From positions 12,278,001 to 12,342,000 of the forward strand of contig CM075988.1 of the NCBI GenBank assembly GCA_038087875.1: a stretch of DNA of 64,000 bases. Direction: 5' to 3'. This stretch comes from Malacoraja senta (lineage: Eukaryota). This document shows, one piece after another, positions 1 to 12,330 of this stretch (its first letter is position 1; each line of letters opens with the position of its first letter). The notes below the pieces were generated by a model. It did not search any database and was not told where the DNA came from. It was given only the letters and a program-made list of their open reading frames with translations. Made by a program: the position numbers and the translations under genes.

Positions 1-507
1 GGAGAAAAGGAATAGGTGACGTTTTGACCCGAAACATCCCTATTCCTTTTCTCCAAAGATACTGTCTGAACTGCTGAGTTACTCCAGCATTTTGCGTCTA
101 TTCTCATGGATATATCTGCAATTAGGATTGATGAGTTGCAGGCTATGGTAATGCAATGTAATAATCCTTGCAAATAATTTTGAACTTTTGCACACATAAT
201 CTACAATTTTGAGATATTATTGCTTTTTTGTCCATTGGATGATAAATAATTGGTGTCTTGAGGTACAGACTTTGTAGAACTTTTTAATACCTAACTCCAG
301 TTTCAGAAGGCCTGAAGGCAATGTTTAGCTGGAAGCTATCTAAATATTGGAATGTTCTACATGCTGTTGAAAGGAGAATAGCTTTGTATTTTCAGCACAT
401 TGGTCTGAAGATCAAATGTTGATTCCTCTTGACAAATCAGCTGCAATGCATAATTTGACAGCTACCATAGGATGAAAAATAAGCAACACCACATGCCATA
501 TGGGTTG

Positions 508-652
508 TCTAAGAAGGAGCTGTAGATGTTGGTTTAAACCGAAGATAGACACAAAAAGCTGGAGTAACTCAGCGGGACAGGCAGCATCTCTGGAGAGAAG
601 GAATCTGAAGAAGGGTCTCGACATGAAATGTCACCCATTCCTTCTCTCCAGA
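508..652. mobile_element. Penelope-derived partial palindrome
   Basis: Left arm followed by CTGAAGAAGGGTCTCGACATGAAATGTCACCCATTCC. A similar centre occurs at 1-105. Confidence 0.75.
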
Positions 653-993
653 ATTCCTCCAGATTTTTGTGTCTATGCCATATGGATTGTTTCTCTTCCC
701 ACCCAACACTTATTTCACAGACAATATGTATAGAATATACACTATTCAGAACAATTTACATGCCAGTGTGTGATTTTTATTTCATGATCCTAATTGGTTC
801 TCACAGTTCACAAGCAAGTCATGTATCATCCAAATTAATATTTTCATTCCACCAAACATAATGATGCTTTGGAGCATTTCAGAATTTTATTTAACAGGTC
901 AGTTTTCTTTGCGTCAAAATAATGCAAGGCAATGAGTTATTTGCAGATCAAAACTATTGCTCATAAAAGCTAACAGCACTAACATTAAGGTCT

Positions 994-1119
994 TAGTTTG
1001 AAGACCTGAATAAGGGTCTCGACCTGAAACATCACCCATTCCTTCTTTCCAGAGATGGTGTCTGACCCGCTGAGTTACTCCAGCTTTTTGTTTAAGCCAG
1101 CATCTGCAGTTCCTTCCTA
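994..1119 (+). mobile_element. Penelope-derived mini-copy with TSD
   Basis: Direct repeat AACATTAAGGTCT at 981-993 and 1120-1132. Confidence 0.8.
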
Positions 1120-1719
1120 AACATTAAGGTCTCAATGGTGTGAATTTTTCAAAACATATTTTTCATTCTGCAACATAAACTAAAGGTCCAATAGCTATTC
1201 ACTGGACATGATTTACTAATATCTTCTATCCTGTAAATTTAATCTTCATGTAAATGTGATTTATTGTTTTGTAATAGCCTTATGTCCAGTCATTGGTACA
1301 AGCTTTATGGGTTAAGACAGTTTTTTATTTAATTCTGTAGTGGGTTAATTTAAGTCACCGGTAGTGCCATTTCCTTGGCATTAGCCGTGATTTACAATGG
1401 GAACATTAGTAATAGAGTTCACTTGAAATCTGTTGAGTGTCTGTGCGATGACATCTGTCAAGGGCATAATTGTACTTAATTTCACTACTTGCTGCTATTC
1501 ACTGGTTGACAAACACTGATGCATGATTATCAATGTCAAACCAAATGTTTTTCTGCTAATATTGAATTGAATTGAATTGAATTGAATTCTGCACCTAGTT
1601 TTCAATGCCTTTAGAATAGGAAAGAAAAAACTGTTTTGTAAATTCGAAGTATGGTGGAGTGTGTTACAGCATTGTGAATAGACTATCATGGTGATAAAAT
1701 GAATGCATGTTTCTGAATA

Positions 1720-1985
1720 ATTTTAGAGATACAGTATGGAAACAGACCATTCAGCCCATTGACCATCGATCACTTGTTTACACTAGTTTTATGTTTTCCC
1801 AGTTTCGCATCCACTCCCTTCACATTGGGGGCAATTTTCAGAGACCAATTAACCTACAAACCTGCACATCTTTGGGTGTGGGTGGAAAATGGAGCACCTG
1901 GTGGAAACCCACATGGTCACAGGGAGAATATACAAACTCATAACAGACAGCATCCTAGGTCAGGATCAAAACCAGGTCTCTGGTG
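1720..1985 (-). mobile_element. HE1-type SINE
   Basis: Reverse complement of the same family; head truncated. Confidence 0.75.
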
Positions 1986-3139
1986 TGATACCCACAATGG
2001 CAAATTCAGTATGAAGAGACGTTCCGACCCAAAACATTGCCTATTCCTTCTCTCCAGGAATGCTGCATGACCTGCTGAGTTACTCCAGCATTTTGTGTCC
2101 ATCTTCGCATTATGGAAATGCAAGTTATGCAGGACGACCTGCATATTCATCAATATTTAAACATTTCACATTGAAAATCTAAAAGGCTCTAATATTTGTG
2201 TCACTGGTTACCAACCATCCCAGCCACAACCAATAGCTGGTCATTTTCAGTGAATTATTGTTAACAATACCTGCCATCTATCAAATAGATGCACACTTTT
2301 GCTGACCAAGTCTGACAGTGATGAAAGTCCCCTCGTGCAGGAATTATGTTTCCGTTGACCATTTTTTCCAAGAAATAATCGCATGATATACTCAATAATT
2401 TAACATTAAATCACCCGAACACAATTTCTTTTTCAACCTTACAGCGCTTGAATAATAGCTGTCGGTGACATGAAAAGAAATGTAACTAGAATCAAATATT
2501 TAAGTTGAGCAGAACCAAAACTATTTAAATATAAACCATGTTCTAATGATCACATATATAGTATTTGATAATGAAGGTCCTTTGAATATTTCCGTTGGCA
2601 GAGATGGGGATATGCAAGCAATCATTCATATAATCTGTTTTTCATCCTCTCCACTGAACTAATGGGCATCATAATGCATCAATATGCCCTTTGATGTTAT
2701 TTTTGGTATTAAGGGAATTGACCAAAGTATTTTACACCACAGTGATTGTTTTTAATGTGGCTTTTGACAATAGTTAGATGGTGGAAGTAAAGGCAGTGGC
2801 TATCATCTTTGGATTGTGGATTCAAGCCAAAAAAGGAAGAGATTAGACCAGATGCTAATTTTGTTGTGGCTACAGTGTAGATCTATGGGGATTGATGCTT
2901 TGTAGAGTGAAGCTGTGCTGAAAATTTCTGTGATTGTAGGAAATGGAGATTTACATCAATAACATTCTCTGATTGCCTGCCTGTGTGGACGGCTTTTGAA
3001 AGATTTTTCATGCATTGCTGCCTCTGGAACTACAGATAAAGACACAACACATAACTTTGTTTGAGAAACCAGAACAGAGACATGGTTAAAGGAGAGAGGG
3101 GAAGAAATGGTTGGGAAGATTTTCATAATTTTTGTACCA

Positions 3140-3437
3140 TGCAGTGAGTGGCACAGCGGTAGAGTTGCTGCCTTACAGCGCCAGAGACCCGTGTTTAATC
3201 CTGACTATGAGTGCTATCTGTACGGAGTTTGTACGTTCTCCCTGTGATCGTGTGGGTTTTCTCCGGGTGCTCCGGTTTCCTCCCACACTCCAAAGACGTA
3301 CAGGTTTGCAAGTTAATTTGGCTTCGGTAAAAAGTATAAATTGTCCCTAGTGTGTAGGGTGGTGCCAATGTACGGGGTGATCGCTGGGCGGTGTGGACCC
3401 GGTGGGCCCAAGGGCCTGTGTCGCTGAACTATACCAA
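3140..3437 (+). mobile_element. HE1-type tRNA-derived V-SINE
   Basis: TGGCACAGCGGTAGAGTTGCTGCC head, V-domain GGAGTTTGTACGTTCTCCC...GGTTTCCTCCCACA, CR1-like tail GGGCCTGT. Confidence 0.85.
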
Positions 3438-3461
3438 ATAGTCTCACCGCTCCCGCCTGAC

Positions 3462-3475
3462 CCGCCCTCTGCTGG
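3462..3475 (-). promoter_or_regulatory. Candidate CTCF core motif
   Basis: Minus strand CCAGCAGAGGGCGG matches CCASYAGRKGGCRS at all 14 positions; motif match only. Confidence 0.4.
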
Positions 3476-3549
3476 TGGCACAGAAGATTACATTCCAATA
3501 TCTCCCAGTGTGATGCGACTCAATAGATACTTGCAGCTCACCAGATGGT

Positions 3550-3645
3550 AGATAGACAAAAAAAGCTGGAGTAACTCAGTGGGACAGGCAGCATCTCTGG
3601 AGAGAAGGAATGGATGACGTTTCGGATCAAGACAGCTACCAAAGT
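3550..3645 (-). mobile_element. Penelope-derived mini-copy with TSD
   Basis: Direct repeat GCTCACCAGATGGT at 3536-3549 and 3646-3659. Confidence 0.8.
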
Positions 3646-3929
3646 GCTCACCAGATGGTCGGCTAAGAGAGAACCTGGTTCAGGCATGTTGGCACTAAGT
3701 GAATAAGAGTCTCATTATCCCTCTATCAGTTCGTTGCCTGCTTTGAGAAGGGATTGAAGTCTATCCCCAGGCATTAATTGTTAATCAGCGTGCTTTGTCC
3801 TGACCTGCACATTTTTCATTATGATTGAGGTCTGAGGTGTTTCCGTAAGTTATTTGCAGTTTCTTCTTTGATTCATTCAATTTCTAAAGTTCCATCTCTA
3901 CTTTGGCGCCATCAATGTCTGTGTGTGTA

Positions 3930-4446
3930 CAGATTCACTTTTCGAAGCCAATCGTAATCTCCTCTGTCTTGCTGACATTGAGCGAAAGGTTGTAGTCTTG
4001 GCACCAGGTGACAAGGTTCTTCATCTCCTTCCTCTACTCTGTCTTGTCATTATTTAATATCCAACCCTCTAGGGTGGTGTCATCTGCAAATTTGTAAATC
4101 CAGTTGGATTTGTGTGTGGCTGCACAGTTGTGGGTGTAAAGAAGGGGACTGAGAATGTATCCTCTTGGGGCACCAGTGTTGAGAATTTCCGTGGGGGATA
4201 ATTTGTCACCGATCATTACTGATTGTGGTCTGTTGGTCGGGAAGTCAGAAGCAGGTCCAGTTGCAGAGATGAGTGCTGACTCCAAGTTCTAGTTTAGTTT
4301 ATTGTCACGTGTATCGAGGTACAGTGAAAAGCTTCTGTTGCACGAGTTTGGAGGTGAGCCTGGATGGGATAATGGTATTGAAAGCAGAGTTGTCGTTCTA
4401 TGAATAGGAGTCTGATGTAAGTGTCTCTCTTGTTCAGGTGTTCCAG
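3930..4446 (-). mobile_element. Older, degraded Rex1/Babar RT fragment; host of the young Rex1 and of a short Rex-type 3' tail (about 4290-4345)
   Basis: Minus-strand ORFs give LNTGAPRGYILSPLLY...KFADDTT and LEHLNKRDTYIRLLF. Confidence 0.8.
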
Positions 4447-6087
4447 GAATAGAATAGAATAGACTACGTTTATTGTCATTGCACAATACTGTGCAACGAA
4501 ATTCCATTGCATCTCCTCCGGTTAAAAAATACAAACACGACAACCATTGACACATATGTACACTTATTAGTAAAAATAATAAATAAGTATTTAAAAATAA
4601 TTTTAAAAGAATGTTGCATTTCTTGGAATTACATTTTGCTTCCCCAGAGTTCTCTGTTGGAATTAAGTTATTTTATCGCACATGGGTAGAAACTATTTTA
4701 ATCGCCTCCCAGAGGGTAGCAGAGTGAAAAGGTGGTTGGCAGGGTGGGATGTGTCCTGCTTGATGTTTATGGCCCAGCGCAAGCATCGGGCCCTATATAT
4801 ATCATCCAAGGAGGGCAGTTGAGCGTTTGTGATGCTCTGTGCAGTTTTTATAACTCTCTGCAGCGCCCTCCTCTCAGCCACAGTGCAGCTAGCAAACCAC
4901 ACCAGGATGCCATAGGAGAGGATACTTTCCACGGTGCATCGGTAGAAGGACAGCAGCAGCGGCTGTGAGACGTTTGCTCTCCGCAGAGACCTCAGGAAAT
5001 ACAGCCGCTGCTGTGACTTCTTCACGAGAGTGACGGTGTTCATTTGCCATTTGAGGTCCTGGGAGATGTTTATTCCCAGGAATTTAAAGCCAGTGACTCT
5101 CTCCACCATGTCTCCTTTGATGTATAGAGGAGCAGGTTCCTCTCTCCTCTTCCTCCTGAAGTCAACGACCAGTTCTTTTGTCTTTGATGGGTTGAGTACC
5201 AGGTTGTTTTTGGTACACCAGACAGTCAGTTTTTGGACTTCATCTCTGTAGGCAGACTCGTCATTGTTGTTTATCAGTCCCACCACAGTCGTGTCGTCCG
5301 CAAACTTGATGATCCTGTTTGTACTGTGTGTTGGTGTGCAGTCATAAGTGTATATTGTATACAAGATGGGACTCAGCACACAACCTTGTGGCGCTCCTGT
5401 GCTGAGCGTCAGGACTGGGGAGTAATTGGACCCCATCCTGACAGTCCGTGGGCGATCTGTTAAGAAGTCCTTAATCCATCTGCATGTGTTTGCATTAACA
5501 CCCAGATCAGACAGTTTGTCCACCATTCTGCTGGGGATGATGGTATTAAATGCAGAACTAAAGTCTACAAATAACATCCTCACATATGAGCCAGGGCGCT
5601 CCAGATGTGTCAGTGCGGAATGTAGAGCTATGTTGATGGCATCTTCCGTTGACCTATTTGCTCTATATGCAAACTGATGCTGATCCAGGGTGGATGGGAG
5701 TGAGGACTTAATGTGGACCAGGACCAGCCGTTCAAAACACTTCATCACAGTTGAAGTGAGAGCAACAGGTCTGTAGTCATTCAGGCAGGTAATGGATGTT
5801 TTTTTGGGTACAGGCACGATAGTAGCAGTCTTGAAGCATTTAGGAACAGTGCACGTTGACAGAGAGAGGTTAAAGATGTCGCTAAGAACCTCCGCTAACT
5901 GGTCTGCACAGTCCCGCAATACTCTCCCTGGGATGCCATCTGGGCCAGCAGCCTTCCTGGGGTTGACCCTGCGGAGTGCTCTTCTGACATCCTCCGTACT
6001 CACAGTGAGTGCCAGGTCATCAGTGCTGGGTGCGGCTGCAGGTGCAGGCTCCGCCTCATTCAGCTCAAAATGGGCGAAAAACGACAA
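4447..6087 (-). mobile_element. Young 5'-truncated Rex1/Babar-type LINE with an uninterrupted RT-domain ORF
   Basis: ORF 4693-6087 (464 aa) contains [39 protein letters not shown] and KFADD. (TTCTA)n-type tail at about 4447-4463. The C-terminus is frameshifted/deleted before the NSFYP motif. Confidence 0.9.
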
Positions 6088-6589
6088 ACATCAAACCCTG
6101 GATGAATGAAGACAATGAAATTCTCTGGATCAAACTTTCCACATTGCTTCAGCAGAGTGAGATGGTCTGTGGCATGAGTGGGCTGTGAGATCCATCCAGA
6201 GGCTTGTGCTTATTATTTCCCATTCTGAACAGATTCTGAGACAGCTTAGTGAAGCATGTGGAGAAACAAAAGGCTCACATTGTTAGACAAGGGCCATGGC
6301 AACGTTGCTTACAGTCAAATGAAAAAAAGCGTGATTGATTTTTATAGCATCGAGCCTTGATTAATCTATCATGTTTCGTGGATTTCGAGTGGATGACATT
6401 GGGTTTCACATTATTTTGGAGTTGTCATGGTTGACTCTTCCATGAAGCTTTCATCATTACTGCCTTTTTATTGCTGCACTGCAGATTAAACGGCCTCTGT
6501 TGCTTGGCCGTTGCCTGCCTTTTCAATGTTTTTTACATCTCCAATACCTTCAGTTCTTTTCTGCTTATTTTTGGTCCTGATGCTGGAGG

Positions 6590-7125
6590 TCAGATCCCTT
6601 GACCAATATCATCAAGAGAGCCAACTGCTTCAAGTTCCTGGCCGTGGATATCTCTGAAGATCTGTCCTGGCTCCAGCATGTTGATGTATTCACAAAGCAA
6701 GTGCATCAATGCCTTTACTTCTTTAGATGATTGCGGAGATTTGGTATGTCATCGAATACTCTATCAAACTACTGCAGTTGTACGGTAGACTGCATCTACT
6801 GACTGGTTGCATCCCTGGTTTGGTAAGTTGAATGCCGAGAGACAAAGGAGCCTGCATCCCATCGGGCAAAAGGCCTGGAAGTGTGACAATGCACACCTCC
6901 AGATTCAGGGGCAGTTTCTTCCCAACTGTGTACCTCGGTACATGTGACAATAGACTAAACTACACTACTTCAGTTTTGCAATATTATTGTTGGTTACTTG
7001 GTATTATATGTTATTAATTTATTATATCGATTATTGTACATTTATTTGTTGAGTTTTTACATTAATAGGGCCTGTGAAGCTACAGCAAATAAGAATGTAA
7101 TTTCACAATTAAACCCTCTTGACTC
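6590..7125 (+). mobile_element. Degraded Rex1-type LINE 3' fragment
   Basis: FKFL..DISEDLSW and TSRFRGSFFP remnants followed by an AT-rich 3' UTR. Confidence 0.65.
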
Positions 7126-7374
7126 TTTATTCACCTTCATTCTACCTTGCATTGACTTCCATTAATGGGTGCATCAAATAATTGAAGTAATAAATTTCAA
7201 AAGATGAAGTCATGATGCAATTACTTAATAATTAACATTGGAGAATCCAGTTAGTCATGTCATGATGCAAAGAATGTTTATTCTAACTAAAAAATGATAG
7301 ACGTTTTGACAGAGTCTAAAAAGCAAGAAGATGTCAACATCCACAAGGTTAAGACTTTCCATTCCAAGGTTGAA

Positions 7375-7810
7375 CTGGAAAAACTGGGGTTGTTCTCCTT
7401 CGACCCAAGATTTTTGAGAGGATGTTTAACAATGTCCATGACTATTTTAGATGGGTGAGAGGAATAGATCGGGTAGATGCACAGAATCTGTTGCCCAGAG
7501 TAGGGGAATCGTGGACCAGAGGATATAGGTTCAAGGTGAAGGGAAAAAGATTTAATAGGAATCCGAGGCATATCTTTTCCACACAAAGGGTGGTGGGTGT
7601 ATTGAACAAGCTGCCAGAGGAGGTAGTTGAGGCTGGGACTATCCCAACATTTAAGAAATAGTTAGACAGGTACATGGATAGGACAAGTTTGGAGGGATTT
7701 GGACCAAGTGCAGGCGGGTGGGACTAGCGTAGCTGGGCCATGTTGGCCGGTGCAGGCAAGTTGGGCCAAAGGGCCTGTTTCCACATTGCATCACTTTATG
7801 ACTCTATGAG
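7375..7810 (+). mobile_element. CR1 LINE 3' fragment
   Basis: GIDRVDAQNL...TRGYRFKV...QRVVGV.NKLPEEVVEA; TATGACTC tail. Confidence 0.85.
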
Positions 7811-8754
7811 TAGTAGGAGGGAAACCATCCCCCTTGGTGGATATATTCAAGTGCCAGGGTAAATGGATTTAACATTTCTGAGAATAAAGATAAAGGCAAT
7901 AGGAAAAACCTTTATACTCAGTGAGGATTTCAGATCTGTAATTCAATGCTTGCACAGAGCTGGAGAGAGATTAATCAGTGTCTTCAAAGGAGCTCAGAGT
8001 CTTGAGCGAAAAGAGATTGAGAATGAAGCTGATGGGTTTTCTGTCCAGGGGCAGGTATAAGCTCAATGGGCAGAGTGGCCTTATCTACATTCCTGTTGTA
8101 TGGCTTCATTCAGCAGGAATGATTGAAAATTCTGCATGGGTTCCATGAATATTGACATTTCTAGTCTGTCTATTTTAAATAACTGTGATGGAAGCAATGT
8201 TTCTGTGTTCATAGATCAAATTACTTTCCCCAATGTTTGTTCGAGGTTATTTAAATATGTTACAACTTATCCCTTAGGCTGATGATTACACATTGGTGCT
8301 GAAAAAATTCCTTCATAAAATATCAGTGTCCTTGTTCTTCACAGTATATCATTTCTGGCAAACTTCCTCAGAGAACATTGGCACAGACTGAGCACATTTA
8401 ATGCAGTCTTGTTTAAATTTCACCTTGCTTCGTGTCCTGCCTTTACTGTGAAAAATCTTGAACGATCATTTGTAAAGTTTCAGATGCAATCTCAGGCACA
8501 GTTACATCGTGTCATTTCTCATATTTGCTACATCAGGTGGAAACTAATGGGATGGTAATTTAAGATCTGGTTACTGGAAGGCATTTTTTTCTTATTGTCA
8601 GCGAGTTTCGGTTGGTAGAGCATTGATCTGTAATAACATGTCTGTCGGACTGGTAGACCGAGGAATTTTACCATGCAACCCAGATGAAGAACTTAGTGAC
8701 TGAGACCAGAGGTCACTCAGTGCACATATAGCCTTTCTTACCATCTGTGTATCA

Positions 8755-9010
8755 GGGCAGCATGGTGGTGCAGCGCAGAGTCACTGCCTCACAGCTCCAG
8801 TGAGTGACCTGGGTTCAGTCCTGTCCTCTTTCGCTGTCTGCGTGGAGTTTGCGGCATTCACAGTTGACGACAATGTGTGAGGAAAACAATTCAATTAGTG
8901 GAGTATTGGTGTTAGTGGGTGCTTGATGGTAGGCACAGACCCGGCGAACTGAAGGCCCTGTTACCGTGCTGTATGAATCAAGTGTGCATATATCAATTAG
9001 TTCAATTTGA
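8755..9010 (+). mobile_element. HE1-type SINE, degraded
   Basis: GGTGGTGCAGCG..CTGCCTCACAGCTCCAG head and GAAGGCCCTGTT tail. Confidence 0.65.
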
Positions 9011-9184
9011 TACAATTGATATCAAGTAGATTCTGGTAAAGAAGGCATATGCAAGAGCTCATGATGCAACTTTATATGACTTTGAGTAGACCACATAAAG
9101 GGTTTTCTCCCATGCTCCAAAGATGTATAGGTTATTTGGATTGGTGAAATGATAAATTGTCAATAGTGTTGGCAGGAGAGTCTT

Positions 9185-9558
9185 TATAATAATAATAATA
9201 ATAATGGATGGGATTTATATAGCGCCTTTCTAATACTCAAGGCGCTTTACATCGCATTATTCATTTACTCCTCAGTCACACTCGGTGGTGGTAAGCTACT
9301 TCTGTAGCCACAGCTGCCCTGGGGCAGACTGACCGAAGCGTGGCTGCTAATTTGCGCCTACGGCCCCTCCGTCCACCACCAATCACTCACACACATTCAC
9401 ACACATTCACACACATTCACACACATTCACACGCAGGCAAAGGTGGGTGAAGTGTCTTGCCCAAGGACACAACGACAGTATGCACTCCAAGCGGGATTCG
9501 AACCGGCTACCTTCCGGTTGCCAGCCGAACACTTAGCCCATTGCGCCATCTGTCGTCC
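9185..9558 (-). mobile_element. tRNA-derived CORE-type SINE with an L2-type tail, inserted into an HE1 SINE
   Basis: Minus strand: A box TGGCGCAATGG, B box GGTTCGAATCC, CORE-like GTGTCCTTGGGCAAGACACTT, (GTGAATGTGT)n, tail TGTAAAGCGCCTTGAG...GCGCTATATAAAT and (TTA)n. Confidence 0.85.
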
Positions 9559-10421
9559 GTTTGTGTGCGGGGATCGCTGGGAGGCGCAGACTCGTTGGGC
9601 CGAAGGGCCTGTTTCCATGCTGTATCTCTAAACTAAACTAAAACTTTGGGCTAATACTTTCCAACATTGGAGTGATGCTTTTAGCACACTTGCAGCCATC
9701 TTTGATGCAGGGCTACAGAGGTAATGTCTCATAAGATCATAAGATCATAGTGATATGAGTAGAATTAGGCCATTTGGCTCATCAAGTCTACTCTGCCATT
9801 CAAACATGGCTGACCTATCTCTCCCTCCTTACCCCATTCTCCTGCCTTCCCCCCCATAACCTCTGACACCACTCATCTTCATTGAAACTGCCCAGGACTG
9901 GATGATTAGACTTCATCTCTGCAAGTGCAGACCGCTAACTTCACAGTGGTGGATGTGGCAACAATCCAGTGGTCAGACATTCCCAATGTATCATCTCCTC
10001 TGGAAGCCCCAAAGCTCTCATGAACCATGTCTATATCCTCTTTCAGGATAGAAGCATTCACAATAAACACCACCTCAACTCCAGCATTGCTCTTGCTATA
10101 AAAAAAAAAAAATTTAACTGCAGATTCCAGCAATCTGAAAATTAAAAAAAAAAATTCTGGTGAAGCTCAGCAGTCAGGCAGCCTCTTGTGAAAAAGACCC
10201 CAGGTTCGAAATGTTATGACTTTCACTTTCCACAGATATTCTCTAACCTCCTGAATTTTTCCAACATGTTATGTTTTTATTGCCCTTGATGTTGTCTATT
10301 AGTCCTGACTATGGACACTCATACTGAAGAGATGTGGTCTGAAGTTGGGGCTTCTGGATCCAGAGCTACTGGATGTTCATCAAGGCCATAAGAAGCCTCC
10401 TCTAATAATCTTACACCTTGT

Positions 10422-10886
10422 TGGGCCTATCCCACTTAGTCAATTTTTTAGGCGACTAGACTGTCGCCACATGGTCACCGGGGTGTCGCCTGTATGGTCG
10501 TGAGTCGTCTCCTCAGTCGCCCAAAGCGTCGTAGCGTCTTTCTGTTCGCCGCTGGATTTTCAACATGTTGAAAAATTTTCAGCATCAGTGACAGTGGGTT
10601 TGATGCCAATGAACGTAGCTTGACTTCTCCTGACGTAGGTGCTGTTGTAGGTTGTCGCCAGGTTAACGCAGGTTATCGCCAGGTTAATGTAGGTTGTCGC
10701 CAGGTGACGCACGTTGTCGCTGGTGCTGACTTCGATTTTTTGTTGTTAAAGTGATGATTCTTTATAGATTTATTGTAGACAATTTCAAATTTTATGTCGT
10801 CCAGTCGCCGTTTTTTCAACGACCTGCGACTACGACTATGACAATCGCCGGTAGTCGCCTAAAAAATAGCCTGTGGGACAGACCCA
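10422..10886. mobile_element. MITE, family 1 (GGGCCTRTCCCACT termini), PIF/Harbinger-like
   Basis: TIRs GGGCCTATCCCAC and GTGGGACAGACCC; internal GTCGCC/GGCGAC repeats; the reverse complement of 22959-23546. Confidence 0.8.
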
Positions 10887-11811
10887 TTAGACTTTCACGC
10901 TGTGAAGAAGCCCCTTCACGAACTAACCTTGTCGTATCTAGAAGCTAAGATGAGAAATCCCATCCTTAATATAGTCTTTCAAAAACCATGTACAAGATGA
11001 TGTTATTTAATGGTCTGTTTGTAAATGTCAGATGGGATAATTCAATTAATATTACCTCATTCTACACCTAGAGCTGTCATCATGAAATAAATAACAGACT
11101 GGAACAATGATCTTTAGATTCCCAATGTTTGACAATCGAGTGAACGATCTGTAAAGAGCCAATTAATTTGAAAGAAAACAACAAAAGCAGAAATATTGGC
11201 TGTTTTAGTTTGGTTCCTTATTGTCACGTTTACCGTGGTTCAATGAAAAGTTGAACCAGTCAGCGGAAAGACTACAACCTCAGTATCAGTCAAAATTAAT
11301 TTGCTATATATGTCATTTCAGTCATTTCTTTGGGCTAATCCCTTCAAAAACGCCATGAAGATGTGTTGTTTGCAAAATAACCAAACAAATCAATGTAAAT
11401 AGCCTAAGAGAGGAGAGACACTCAGCAAATTAAGAAACTGCATTTACAGACTTGGATCACTCTTTCCAATCACTCAGGAGCAATTCTCTGGGAAAATAGC
11501 AAGCAACATGGTTACAAACAATTATTGGTGTTGGCTTTAAGCCATGAGTTGTCTTAATTAAAACTTCAGTTATTACAATTTTAAATAAGAAGACATCTGC
11601 TTTGCTTGAATATTGGATAAGAAGATTTAGGTTCTTCATAACTTTGTACTAATTCTTCAGCTGCAGGATAAAACTCTGTTAGTGCATAATACTACTTCAC
11701 ACTTTGATCAAATACACCTCAGAGCTAATTTTAATCTTGAGCTCAGAAGTGCTGTATTTGTAATTAAAAGGAAAATAAATAGGTTCCCCAAACCACAGTG
11801 AATGTTATGAT

Positions 11812-12330
11812 GCATAGGAAGGAACTGCAGATGTTGGTTTATGCCAAAGATAGACACAAGATGCTGGAGTAACGCAGTGGGTCAGGGAGCATCTCTGACG
11901 TTTTGGGTCGAGAACCTTCTTCAGACTGAGAGTCGGGGGGGGGGGGGGGAAGGAAACTAGAGGCATGAAAAGTTCAGCACAAATTAGAACTGCCACTAAT
12001 GACCAAGGGAAGATGGAGCTCACAATGGCCCATTGTTGGTTGTGGAGGAGGTGTTAACAAAGGGATATATGGATGTGAACAGTGGAACTGGCAGGATGAC
12101 TTGAGTGGCGGAGGGGCGGAGATAGAGGGATATAAGGTTTACTTGAAATTAGAGAAATCAATACTCAAGCAACTAAACTGCCCAAGCAAAATATAAGGTG
12201 CTGTTCCTCCATTTTGCATGTGGCCTCCCCCTGACAATGGAGGAAGCCCAGGACCAAAAGTATGGGAATGGGAAGAAGAGTTGAAATGTTTGACATCCAG
12301 ATGACATAGGCCAAGGCAGACTGAGCATAG
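11812..12330 (-). mobile_element. Penelope-like retroelement 3' end
   Basis: Frameshifted VLGFLHCQ..KMEEQHLIFCLGSL..SIDFSNFK followed by the same terminal repeat as 31565-32085. Confidence 0.75.

Noticed and set aside
4693..6087. Active or domesticated reverse-transcriptase gene
   Set aside because: 5'-truncated with no endonuclease domain or proper start, and the C-terminus is frameshifted.
8600..8660. tRNA-like GTTGGTAGAGCA...CTGTAAT
   Set aside because: No B box or acceptor stem; at most a decayed SINE head.
9480..9558. tRNA gene
   Set aside because: It is the tRNA-derived head of a SINE, continuing into CORE and LINE-tail sequence.
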